Origin: Amoebidium appalachense
Taxonomy: Eukaryota; Protista; Ichthyosporea
DNA: 64,000 bases
Assembly (NCBI GenBank): GCA_963693365.1
Contig: CAVNZM010000009.1
Span: 9,033,408-9,097,407, forward strand
Direction: 5' to 3'
Shown here: positions 45,331 through 64,000 of the stretch, in pieces
How positions within the stretch are numbered: position 1 is the stretch's first letter
Layout: every line of letters begins with the position of its first letter
Translations under genes and position numbers: made by a program
The notes under the pieces: generated by a model
Database searches by the model: none
Seen by the model: only the letters and a program-made list of their open reading frames with translations
What the model was told of the DNA's origin: nothing

Positions 45331-45526
45331 TACACAAACACAATATGTGCGCGCACACACACATCACACACACACGATACGCCCCTACCATGCACTAACT
45401 CTTTTATCTTGCACCCCCAGGGGCAAGAATGTCGAGCTCATCATTGAGCTTTATGGCCAGTCCACAGTCGACCGATTCCAGACGGAGTTTGGAAAGATCT
45501 GGGCCAGGTCAAAGCCCCTGCACTAG
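42303..45526 (+). CDS. Single-HKD phospholipase D family protein (Nuc/Zucchini/PLD6-like) with signal peptide (~194 aa, 5 exons)
   Basis: Exons 42303-42417, 43115-43269, 43713-43803, 44475-44592, 45421-45526 in phase. Motifs: IKKARKSVYACLYKLTD..ALMQALSEGVEVKIVAD..LHAKFSIYD..AGSNNWT..NVE..FQTEFGKIW; N-terminus MKLTSALILLCASFSVAA. Confidence 0.85.
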
Positions 45527-46691
45527 AAACCCTACCCAACACACACGTGCGCGCGCGCGACATCACACCGACAAAACCCCTACTTCTTCTCCCTTGCATG
45601 TGAGCACGCACGCGTGCGCGCGCACACACACACACCACCCGTAGGCATGCTCTACACATAGAAGAAGACCATGTGCATGTGTTTCTCTATATAGGCGGAT
45701 TTGAACGAGAAAGCAGTGTGATTGTAGTAAGTAGTGGGCTTGCGAGCGTGTTTTTATGAATGGATTCTGATATGCAGAGTGTGATATTAGATGCTAGTAG
45801 GCGAGGTTGGTTAATCGCTGTTTGATTGGTAGACGTCTTTTTAACGTGACCGCTAATGTGGGATCGAGTAGTGGATTTTTCCGGTTGGGGGTAACATAAT
45901 GTCCTAACGAACTTCACGGAAATCTGGGGCTTTTACCCTAAATAGCGTAATTCATGGTAACCCGTACAAGGCACACGTGCGATCGAATCGCTTTCCTGTG
46001 TTCCCTCTATTTGGTTGGTTTTTGGAATGTATGCCAGTTTAGAACATAATCCTAGAAGGCAATAAAATGACGCTGGACTGAAAGTCTAGAACAACCCCCC
46101 CCCCCTCCCCCTCCAACACACACACACACACTCGTGCGCAGATGATGGACACTATGTGTGTCGTGCGGCCATCTTCAAGGCTTTCTGCCGCTATGCCAAT
46201 ACATATGTATATATATACGTTGGTGTTTTTGGGATCATTGCACTTTATTGGCCGCTCCCTCCGGCCAATCCGGAAACACAACATGTGCCCAAATGCATGA
46301 TATGTACATCATAATACAGACGAGAGCCACCCTTTGTTAATGGTATACCTACTACAAGGCCACGGCCACTAAAGTCACACTGTCGGACCTTATAGACACT
46401 ATATTAAGACAACTAAAAAAAAAAAAGAAAGAAAGAAAGAGAAAAAGAGAAAAAGAGAAAGAAAAAAAGAAAGAAAAGGACCTAATCAACCAGGTTAGGG
46501 AAGGTGGTTGCCAGTATTACGTGTGTGACGTGAGCGCGCAGGTATTGGAAACAAAGTTGGGCAGTGAGAAAATCACTAGTGTTAAGAAGGAAGTCAATGA
46601 TGGTAAAGTGTTGTGCAGGATGACGAGAAGTGGATATCTGGGTGAGGAGTGTGGAAGAAAAGGAGGCTAGCGTGGTCAGCGGGTAGCCGTT

Positions 46692-46730
<39 letters not shown>

Positions 46731-46766
46731 GTGACACACACACACACACACGCACACACACACCGT

Positions 46767-46812
<46 letters not shown>

Positions 46813-46814
46813 GT

Positions 46815-46872
<58 letters not shown>

Positions 46873-46876
<4 letters not shown>

Positions 46877-46930
46877 ACCACGACCACCACCACCTATACC
46901 ATCACCGCCACCACCCGTGGCCATCCCCCC

Positions 46931-46961
<31 letters not shown>

Positions 46962-47275
46962 AAAAAAAAAAAAAAAAGGAAATAAAATAAAATGAAATAA
47001 AATGAAATAAACATAACTTGAAAAAATCATGAAAAATAAGAAAGAAAGACTATTTAAACCAACTTACAACTGAGGGTTTGCAATTAATTGTCCTCAAGTC
47101 TTAGTGACTGTGTGCTGCACACACACACACAGACACACACACACACACGCACGCACGCACATACACGCACACACTTGAAGGCCAGGACCCCCCCTCCCCC
47201 CCCCCCCCCCCCCCCCCCCCCCACACACACACGAACACACACACACACACACACACAGACACACAGACACACACA

Positions 47276-47316
<41 letters not shown>

Positions 47317-47319
47317 CGT

Positions 47320-47362
<43 letters not shown>

Positions 47363-47587
47363 TTGTACATATACACACACACACACCGCGCACACACACG
47401 GACGCACACGTGCACATCATTCCTTATGCGTTTCCTTGAGAGATTTCCTGTGTCGTGTACGCACCGTGACGCTACAACCTCTTAATAACCATAATCACCG
47501 GCCCCTCTTCCTCCCTCCTTCCCCTCCTCCCCCCCTCCATACACTTGAAGGCCAGGACACTCCCCCCCCTCCCCCCCCTCCCCCCCC

Positions 47588-47618
<31 letters not shown>

Positions 47619-47918
47619 ACGCGCGCGCACGCACGCACACGCACACGTGCACACACACCACCACCACCACCACCACTACCACCTATACCATCACCGCCAC
47701 CACCCGTGGCCACCCCCCCCCCCCCCCCCCCTTCCCTTGACCATACCCCTCTCCCCCCCCCCCCCCCCCCCCAAAAAAAAAAAAAAAAGGAAATGAAATA
47801 AAATGAAATAAAAATAACTTGAAAAAATATGAAAAATAATTAAAAAAGAAATTTAAACCAATAAACAACTGAAGTTTTGCAATTAATTGTCCTCAAGTCT
47901 TAGTGACTGTGTGCTGCA
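46873..47918. repeat. Local direct duplication of ~250 bp (46873-47118 and 47657-47918)
   Basis: Shared CCTATACCATCACCGCCACCACCCGTGGCC...GCAATTAATTGTCCTCAAGTCTTAGTGACTGTGTGCTGCA. Confidence 0.8.
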
Positions 47919-48480
47919 ACTGTTTACTCGTTTTCGTTGATCATCATCATCGTTGCACAGTGTGCGGCTGCTGACATTCGGTGGCATATATAGCTCTCCT
48001 TTCGAAGCCTTCCGTGTTAGAATCCGTTCCGGATCCCCTGCGCATGCAGCCCTAGCAATAAGTAATTTCCGAGCTGCTGCTGGTGTGGGCCAACTTGGCC
48101 ACATTTAACTACCAACACTTTGAAAAACTCGTTTGAAATGTTGTTTGACTCCGGGCTCAGACGGTCTACAACTGGATATACAGGTGTCTTGGCCGGTATC
48201 CACCACACGATCATGAGGCGGTGGTACTGGATAGAATTCTGTTTCAGTGCAGCAAGCTTCATGGCATGAGTTTGCAGTCTATTTCATTATTGTAATGACT
48301 CAAGTTGCCAGATTCAGTGAGTGATATACCTACGGTAACTAAAAGCGACGCATATGCTATATCGTGCAATCTAATATATTTCTGAATCATTAAACGGGGT
48401 ATTGCCCATATATAGCTATAGGCAACCTTGCGAACCAATCACTGATATCTGGACGTGGATAATATTAATGACACAAACAC

Positions 48481-48538
48481 GTGATAATTATATCATAGGC
48501 TGTTAAGAGGTGATAATTATATCATAGGCTGTTAAGAG
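48481..48538. repeat. Perfect 29-bp tandem duplication
   Basis: GTGATAATTATATCATAGGCTGTTAAGAG x2. Confidence 0.9.
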
Positions 48539-48560
48539 ACGGTCAAAATCTCACCGCAAA

Positions 48561-48790
48561 CATTTCGAGTTGTTTGTCTTGTCGTGTGACAGTAGCACTA
48601 TCTACATCTTGAATCTTTTGCAGCAGTTCAAAATGTTGCACGGCCAAATAAGGGTATCCCATATATAGAAACTACCAGTCAGTGAGCTCGAAACTTATCA
48701 CCGAGCGGCTGTGGATATCGATCTTAAGGGGTGCGAGGCATTGTGGTGGCATGCACACTTTGCAAGGCTGCGCTTACGTCAAAATGAGGT
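48561..48790 (+). pseudogene. Possible degenerate hAT transposase C-terminal dimerisation-domain fragment
   Basis: Frame with an internal stop reading ..VSELETYHRAAVDIDLKGCEALWWHAHFARL, resembling the EL..Y...WW..H...L pattern of the hAT dimerisation domain; by-eye similarity only. Confidence 0.3.
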
Positions 48791-48899
48791 ATCCTACCGT
48801 TAATACGACATACATTGGTCACTCACTTTTATAACAGGTAAACTTGGTTTAGGGTCTAAAATTATAAGGTTTCTCGTCCGTAGGGTTCTGATTATCGTA

Positions 48900-48932
<33 letters not shown>

Positions 48933-48993
48933 ACCACCACCAAAAAAAACAAAACAAAAAAAAAACTTTCCCCGTTCCCAGAAGAAGGACCCA

Positions 48994-49041
<48 letters not shown>

Positions 49042-49327
49042 CACTCACACACCGTGCACCGTGACACGGAGACACGGAGACACAACCACACCCACATTGT
49101 GATACACAGTGTCACTTGCACACACACACACACACACCACACACACAAACACACCCAGTGGCAAACGAGCACAAAAACCAAACGTACACACAGATAGTAT
49201 GCACACATTTTCGCTCAGAAAGGTGCTTAGTAGAGCCGGGAAGTCCCTGTAGGACCCTGGGCACCGTGGGCCCGGCCCATTAAATGTAAAGTGTTACGCT
49301 CTCAGAAAAACTTAGCCGGTAACCGTT

Positions 49328-49408
<81 letters not shown>

Positions 49409-49428
49409 GCACGCACACACACACACAG

Positions 49429-49504
<76 letters not shown>

Positions 49505-51271
49505 GCGCGCACATACACGCACACACCTGAAGGCCAGGACACTTCCCCCCCCCCCCCCCCCCCCCCGGCCCCCTCCCTCCCCCCCCCAACACACACACAC
49601 CCACGTGTCACACACACACACTGTACACGCATTGACTTTTTCGGTCTGTAACAGTTGATTGGTAACTTGAAGCTAATCAGACAAGAAATAGGATCTGCTG
49701 CCAAGAAGGGCTTTTCTTATGCACAGCCTAATAATAATAGTACTAGACTAGACCAATAAGTAGGGAAGCTTGGGTCCCCCCTCCGAATCCCCCGTCCCCC
49801 TGCTCTCCCCCCCCCCCCCCCCCCCCCCTTTTCCCGTTATCTTATTTTTCCTCAGGAGCTCGGTAGCCCCTACAACACCAGAAGACACTCCGAAGTTAAA
49901 GCTCGATCGGCATCGATCGACCTAACTTTAATATCCAATGGTGAGCTATCGTTTAAATCTAGTAGTTTGATCTTGAGCCACAACGATTTGATGATTGGTC
50001 AATGTCTGAGGCTCGATTCAATCGTCATCTGATGAAAAGAGGTTCTTTAATGAAAAACACATATATCCTAATAAAACTTTTTGTAATTGCGCGTCGCTAA
50101 CAAACAAATAGTACCGCTCGATAGAGCAAAACATTAGCTTTCATTTAAGTATAGGTTCAAGGGGGTTTCGATCGCTGCGATGGGTCGAAAATTACGAAAA
50201 ACCAAAAGTGCCTTCTCGTTAGAAGGTCCATATTAGAATCTTGATTTTTTTCAAATTGAGTACTACTCTTAGTTTATAGGTGAATTGTCTTAATTAATCC
50301 TGAATGACCCCTATAACACTCCAAAATTACATTTTTGATCAGGTGCATATATATAATGTAGCATTCAATATGACGAGCTCCGGTGTGCCTGTACATAGCA
50401 ACGTCATGATCAATATATGGTTTCGAGTTCGAGCCACGGGCATATGATGGGTGTGATGCCTGCTTGACCCAGAAGGACCCTAAATTTGGCCTTGAAGATA
50501 CTCCCATTTTTTATGAACACATGTGTTTGCGCAATTCTTCATATGCATGTGCATATGCGTACGAAGAGGGTGGAGCATGAGCAATTGTGTTCACGTAAAT
50601 GTGTGATCAGACCACCCGGGCGCCTGGGAGGTAAGTTCAAACAGCATTTTTCACAAAAAACAAAAAACTGAGATTGTCTTCATTTATTTTCTTCTTGTCC
50701 CGCGGTATGACGAAGGTAAAAAACATGAGCACTATCATTATCACAACACAAAATATATGCATATTATTCTTTTGTGGTTGCTTAGAGGTAGCTTGGAACT
50801 ACCCGTTAATCAAAGCATAAACAGAAGAAAGCGTACACACACAGGCGTCGGTGAGAAACTCAAAAAAAACAACGCAAATCCTTGACATATATACACCATT
50901 TTCCGAAATATTCACCATAAGTGATGTAGTCCTGTACAATACACGTCCGGGGAATAGACAATCGTCTACACAACATAGGATCACAAACCCAACTCGTATA
51001 TGTTCAAAAAATGTGCATGCATAGGTAAACCACTAAACACTATCTATATATGAAAAAAGATATGCTAATTAGTCTGTTTAGCACACCAGACAACAAAAGA
51101 AATGTCAGACTTCATACACCCACCCACCAAATCAGACTGCACACAGCTAAACAGGACCTGGGTGACAGTAAGAAAGCAGCACACACGAGCAAAATACCAA
51201 ATCATCTGCGTTGATACGTGTCTAATGATAGGGGTCAAGTAGTAGTAGTAATACTAATAATGCGTTAATCA

Positions 51272-51336
<65 letters not shown>

Positions 51337-51339
51337 TGA

Positions 51340-51379
<40 letters not shown>

Positions 51380-51409
51380 AAAAAACCCATCTATCCCACC
51401 CCCGGAATA

Positions 51410-51451
<42 letters not shown>

Positions 51452-51481
51452 GCCCACCTACCCAACCCACCCACCCACACG

Positions 51482-58516
<7,035 letters not shown>

Positions 58517-60093
58517 CTGAATTGTTATTTGGGAGGAAAAAAAAAGGGTGGGTGCAACGTATATGCACACAAGAGGCTATAGTAAACGTTCAAAGGGTCT
58601 TTTAAAATTTGTTTGCAGAGCTCTGAACTATCCTTGAACCGGCTTTTTAACCCGCCGATTCAAGAGACTCAGGTAAACTTCCGGGAGGGGCCGTTGCCTG
58701 CTCCGAACGCATACACGGAGCCCAAATATCATCCAAAAATTTGTTTCCGTTTACGAGGAACCGTATTTGTCTCTTACAATAGTCCTTTGAACCCTTCCCG
58801 AGAGTGAACAATACTATTATATTAGGTACGTGCTAAAGTTCAATCGTGTTCTCTATGCCAAGCTAAAAAAAAACACAGTCGGAACAAGCGACGCCGTGTC
58901 ACAGTCTCCCTAACAAGTACAACCTAAACTCACTTTGAAATCTCCGATACTCGAAAGCAACTGCGGGGGGCTGCAGCTGACGACAAAATCGCTCAAAAAG
59001 CAGGCAATAAATGTACTTTGAAAGCTTATATACTAGTAAAATGTTTCTACGTACCAACATTTTGTATGGGATTAGGTATTGCTAATGGAAAAAAGGTTCT
59101 GTTGTATTTCCACACCTGCGTAAATTGGCAAGTAAAAGCTTGGACAGGTGTATACACAAGGGTTTACACACTAATTGCTGTATAAACAACGGAATACCAG
59201 GGCTGCTTTCAACCAATCAAGTCGTTGCTTTGATGATAAACAGCCGCAACCGACTTACCGAAACTCGTGACTCATGAGTCATCCCGGCGTTGCTAGTTTT
59301 ACTCTCAATATTACATATAATAAAATCTCTTTTTTCTTAATATAGCTGAAAATAAATGACCAATGCACGCACCGCGTATTTGGATTGCGTATGTAGCGCA
59401 TGGTAGCGAGTCCGAGAGTCCTATACCGGGCTAGCCTAGAGCCGCTGTGGAGCAGGTGGAGCCGCGTAGCCGGCACTGTTCCGAGTCTCCCGAGATCTGA
59501 TCTGTGCATGCCGATGTCGGCGCTTAGAACCACGCGGCAAGTATGTAAGTAAAAGCTATTCAGTCACACAGTGCAGTTTAAATCCGAGCACTGCGGCGAC
59601 ATGTTTCCCCTATAATAAACAGTAAGAAAAGGGTCGTGCTGCATTAGCACATGCTACCTTTCGAGTTGGTACATGTGCACGGTATTTTGTAAGTAGCGGC
59701 TCTGGCATATTTGGCAGCCGCGGTGATCGCGATCATGACACCACATGAGCGCCCTCCGACTCTGCGTGATAACGCCATTCCGGGAGCGACTCAAGCTCAT
59801 TTTCCGCACAAACCTTTGGTCCAGCCGGTTTGAGGGTGAACCTTGTAACACGGCCATCTAGAAACATCTACAATAGATGGCCGTGACATTGTAACCATGT
59901 CAAGCAGCAAGCTTTGGCATGCAGGCCGCGTCGGGCCGCTCCCAGCCGCCACAGGAGTAACCGTAAAGTTTTGTTCAATGCCACTTACAATGCGAGACTT
60001 TCATCACAATTTGGCAAGACATCCCGCCAAATGACCGGGCCGACCTTAAAATTACATGTGCTCCTCTTCAAGTTGAACCTGACCCGGTGTCAC

Positions 60094-60515
60094 GGCTGTT
60101 GGCATCTTGCTGAGCATGCGCGCGTGTCCGACGCTGCCGACTAGTTGGCATCTTTTTGAGCATGCGTGTGTCGCTGTTGGCATCGATATCTTCTCAGGCT
60201 GCATGTGTACCGTAGTGTGTCGCTGTTGGCAGCTTTTTGAGCGCGGCCACGACTCACAAGCGGCGGCCCGTCGATCGCTGTTGGCATCTTTTGAGCATGC
60301 ATATGCGTGTGTCGCTGTTCAAGTGGCATTTTTTTGAGCCATGCCTGTGTCGCTGTTGGCATATCTTTTTGAGCATGTGTGTGTTGCTGTTGGCATCTTT
60401 TTTGAGCATGCGTGTGTCGCTGTTGCCATCTTTTTGAGCGCATTCCATGATGCGTGTGCCGCTGTTGGCATCTTTTTGAGCATGCATGTGTCGACATGTC
60501 TGTGGCTATTGGCAT
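60094..60515. repeat. Degenerate minisatellite, ~33-bp unit GCTGTTGGCATCTTTTTGAGCATGCGTGTGTC, about 11 copies
   Basis: Directly visible, imperfect tandem units. Confidence 0.85.
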
Positions 60516-60866
60516 CCTGTTGAACGAGTCCACTGTGCCAGTGGAAAAGGTCACGGTAGAGCTGCGTTGAAACACTTCACTCCCTCTCGGACCTCCCCCC
60601 CCCCTCCCCTTCCCCCCCCCCCCCCACCTTCTCTCTCCCCGAGAAGGGTTCCGGCCTCTCTTTCTGTCTCTCAAGGCTCTCTCTCTCTCTCTCTCTCTTT
60701 CTCCACCCCCCCCCCCCCCCCCCCCCCCTCTCGCTCGCGCGCCTCCCCCCCCCCACTCTCCCCGGGTCTCTCTCTCTCTGAGTCTCTCTCTCTCTCTTTC
60801 TCAGAGTACACACACACACACACACCGTGACACACACACACACGTTACTTTGTACACACACACACA

Positions 60867-60918
<52 letters not shown>

Positions 60919-60998
60919 CCCTTTCCCTCCCCCCTCCCGGCCCCCCCCCCCCTTTGAGAGTCTCTCTCTCTCCGTCTCTCCCTCCCGGCCTCCCCCTC

Positions 60999-61043
<45 letters not shown>

Positions 61044-61052
61044 CCTCTCCTT

Positions 61053-61113
<61 letters not shown>

Positions 61114-61123
61114 GAGTCTCTCG

Positions 61124-61343
<220 letters not shown>

Positions 61344-61357
61344 CCTCTCTCTCTCTT

Positions 61358-61462
<105 letters not shown>

Positions 61463-61783
61463 CTCTCTCTCTCTCTAAGACTCAAGTCTTTCGAGTCGTT
61501 ATCACATTTAAATTTTCTCTCTCAGCCTACTCAACTTAAATGGTAGCTGCAGCTCTCTGTATAGCTCGTACGCACCCAACTGTTACAGGTTGCAACCACG
61601 AACACTGTGTACACTCACACATATGCACAAACATAGATATCTATCCCCCCCCCTCCCCCCCTCCCCCCTCCGCACACGCCCACACCCACATGCCCGACGG
61701 TACACTAGGCTCACACAGTCATGCATACTCGATGAATCAAGCACTCGTGAATCCCGCCCCCCCCCCTCCCCCCCCCCCTCGCA

Positions 61784-62237
61784 GAGGGGTCACCCGCAAC
61801 CGGCCCATAAATATACGTAAACTTTAGTATATATATATAATATTATATGTTATGATATACTATGATGAATATATGTTTATCATGACTATTTCCATATAGT
61901 CATTAAATCAGTATACTATCATAATTAGTATTTACATATACTATATAGGGTACATAACTTACGTGATAAAACATTATGCAGCTCTGCACCGGGGAAGTTG
62001 CTGCAGGCTCATGATCGAGAATGGCACCGCCTGTGCCACACACATTCAATATCGGACCACTGATGATTAAACATCGCTGCCATGATCCGTATCGTGTGTC
62101 GTGCACGTGGTCAAGAGTGGCACAGCCTGTGCCACTCTTGACTGCTGTGTGCAACTCATCCAGTATGCCCCAACTTGATATATGCACGATATACGAAATG
62201 ATATATAGGCTATTATATGAATATGTATGAATATATG

Positions 62238-62275
<38 letters not shown>

Positions 62276-62368
62276 ACTATATGTAAATATATCCAAATAA
62301 ATATAAATAAATAAAGGCTTGTAAATAAATATAAATATATATATACCGGTTGCAGCGGGCGACCCCTC
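61784..62368. mobile_element. TIR-bounded non-autonomous element with AT-rich subterminal regions and an internal perfect palindrome
   Basis: Left GAGGGGTCACCCGCAACCGG, right CCGGTTGCAGCGGGCGACCCCTC; palindrome with 16-bp arms at 62110-62142. Confidence 0.5.
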
Positions 62369-62486
62369 CCAGAACGTCACTTAATTTTCGCCACATGGCA
62401 CACCGTCACATGCCACATGTAATAGATACTATTAGTGTCACAATGGCCACACCGTGACACACCCACACACTGAGAAGGAAAAATAC

Positions 62487-62522
<36 letters not shown>

Positions 62523-62710
62523 CCAACTCCCCTCCCCCCGGGTCTCTCCCACCCCTTATTAACCCGTGGGATTACGATCATGGAAGAGGAGATGGGGAGG
62601 AGAGCATGGCGGTTAGGGGATAGAGAGAAAACATCGGAAGAGGTGGAAGAAAGAGTCATTGGAAACGGAGGGAGGGGGGAGGGGGGGGGGGGGGGGGGGG
62701 GGGGGAGAGG

Positions 62711-62745
<35 letters not shown>

Positions 62746-63066
62746 TGGGTTTGAGGATATCTTATTTACAAACTTACGGCTTGAAGGCCTCCCCCCCCCC
62801 CCCCCCCTCCCCTCCCCTCCCCTCCCGCATCCCACGCTGGCGCACATACACATGCAAGCAACTCAAGGGTAGGAGCGAGTGCACGGCGCGCACACACCCA
62901 CAGCCATACACACACACACACGTTCGCATACTTACGCACACCCGCCCCATGCCTGCGACAGGGACAGACTGGAGCCCATCAATAAAAGTCTAGGGGGTAG
63001 ATAAACCCGGAAATTTTACAACCACCTCAAACGTGTCTCTGCAAGCAACAACGGAGGGGGAAAACA

Positions 63067-63718
63067 CCGGAGAAGAACTGAAGAAAACCCGACAAAAAGG
63101 CAGCTGCAATGATGAAAAGGTTAATCATGGCGTAATGTGGGAGGGTGCTGGGCGGTGAATCATCGAGAAAAACAAACAAACAAAATTCTAAAAAGACTGG
63201 TGTTATACATTCACACATGATAAATATCCTGTAACGTCTTTTTTAATGTGTATCGTGATGTTTGGAACTATTGGTACAGTAACTGTTGGCCTTGGTGCCG
63301 ACACACCATCACAGCTCACCTAGTAGTACATAGACAGCGTGCACATTCCAAAAATTTAAGGTACATATAAATGTACCTTCCGTCAAAGGATGCATTTGTT
63401 ACCGCGGTAGTGTATCCATGGTGTGACTCAGAGCCTGTAATTGCACACTGTATGTCGGTTGTATATCTGGTGAGGGGGCACATGTGACACTAAGTCTTCT
63501 CATCTCAGAAGTGTGTACATGTGGCCATACTGGGAAGCTCAATAGGCCATGCACACACACACTAGGCTGAACGGTTTTTATAATCGATTTCCCAAAACAT
63601 AAATTTCCGGGTAGACCTGCTAATTCAGTGAATCAAGCCGAGCATACGTGTAGCATAATTCATATAGTATTACCCGTAGATGTGCTGAATTAGTGACTCG
63701 GCAAGAAAGCTAGGCGAA

Positions 63719-63754
<36 letters not shown>

Positions 63755-63882
63755 TCTCTTTCTTGCTGAGACACAGGAGGGAGAGTCGGGTCGGGTTTGG
63801 AGACTGCAAGGCCGGGGCCAGTGCCGCTTGTCTTTTTTGGTTCAACTACTTTTTTTTTTTTTTTCATCATTTCCTTAGACAT
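63067..63882 (-). CDS. Probable 5' coding exons of a membrane protein (Lys-rich N-terminus, then a hydrophobic segment); downstream exons unresolved
   Basis: ACCATG start at 63882; exon to 63674 (GTAATA donor, phase 2) joins in phase to an exon starting at 63147 encoding GTLPHYAMINLFIIAAAFLSGFLQFFS. May be the 5' part of the 51482-58516 gene. Confidence 0.4.
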
Positions 63883-64000
63883 GGTCTGCCAGACTCAGAA
63901 TGCAGTCAAAACGGTTTTGCATGCGCGTGTGTGAATCAGCGTGATCTCATGTAAACATTTTAACCTGACCGTTTTATATCTAAAAGGGGCACCTTGCCCC

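Noticed and set aside
60094-60515. CRISPR-like array
   Set aside because: Linkers are degenerate versions of one another rather than unique spacers; no cas genes; eukaryotic context.

Overview
Eukaryotic nuclear DNA (spliceosomal GT-AG introns, CCAAT/TATA promoters, very dense (CA)n, (GA)n and G/C homopolymer tracts; the organism cannot be identified from the sequence). Most ORFs in the supplied track are microsatellite artefacts. By manual splicing I can assemble a 16-exon mitochondrial ClpX (24843-40484, +) with an AT-hook and no zinc finger, and, divergent from it, a 3-AP2-domain gene (20156-23388, -). A second, frameshifted AP2 gene lies at 3516-5521 (-); both AP2 genes have mitochondrial-presequence-like leaders. 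Also present: a signal-peptide, single-HKD PLD/Nuc/Zucchini-type gene (42303-45526, +); a multi-exon hypothetical gene (51482-58516, -); and four intronless copies of an unknown ~214-aa secreted glycoprotein in two head-to-head pairs, one copy pseudogenised next to a 5'-truncated LINE. The most unusual signal is an intronic repeat family, dispersed and in a ~435-bp tandem array at 55535-57725. Its ~155-nt core shows compensatory base changes in several helices, including a pseudoknot, and carries hammerhead-like (CUGAGGA, GAAAC, GUH) and HDV-like (GGCUAA/GGUGAA + GGGUC) motifs in a non-canonical order: a candidate new structured RNA or ribozyme retroelement. All gene models and folds were made by eye and need computational or experimental confirmation.
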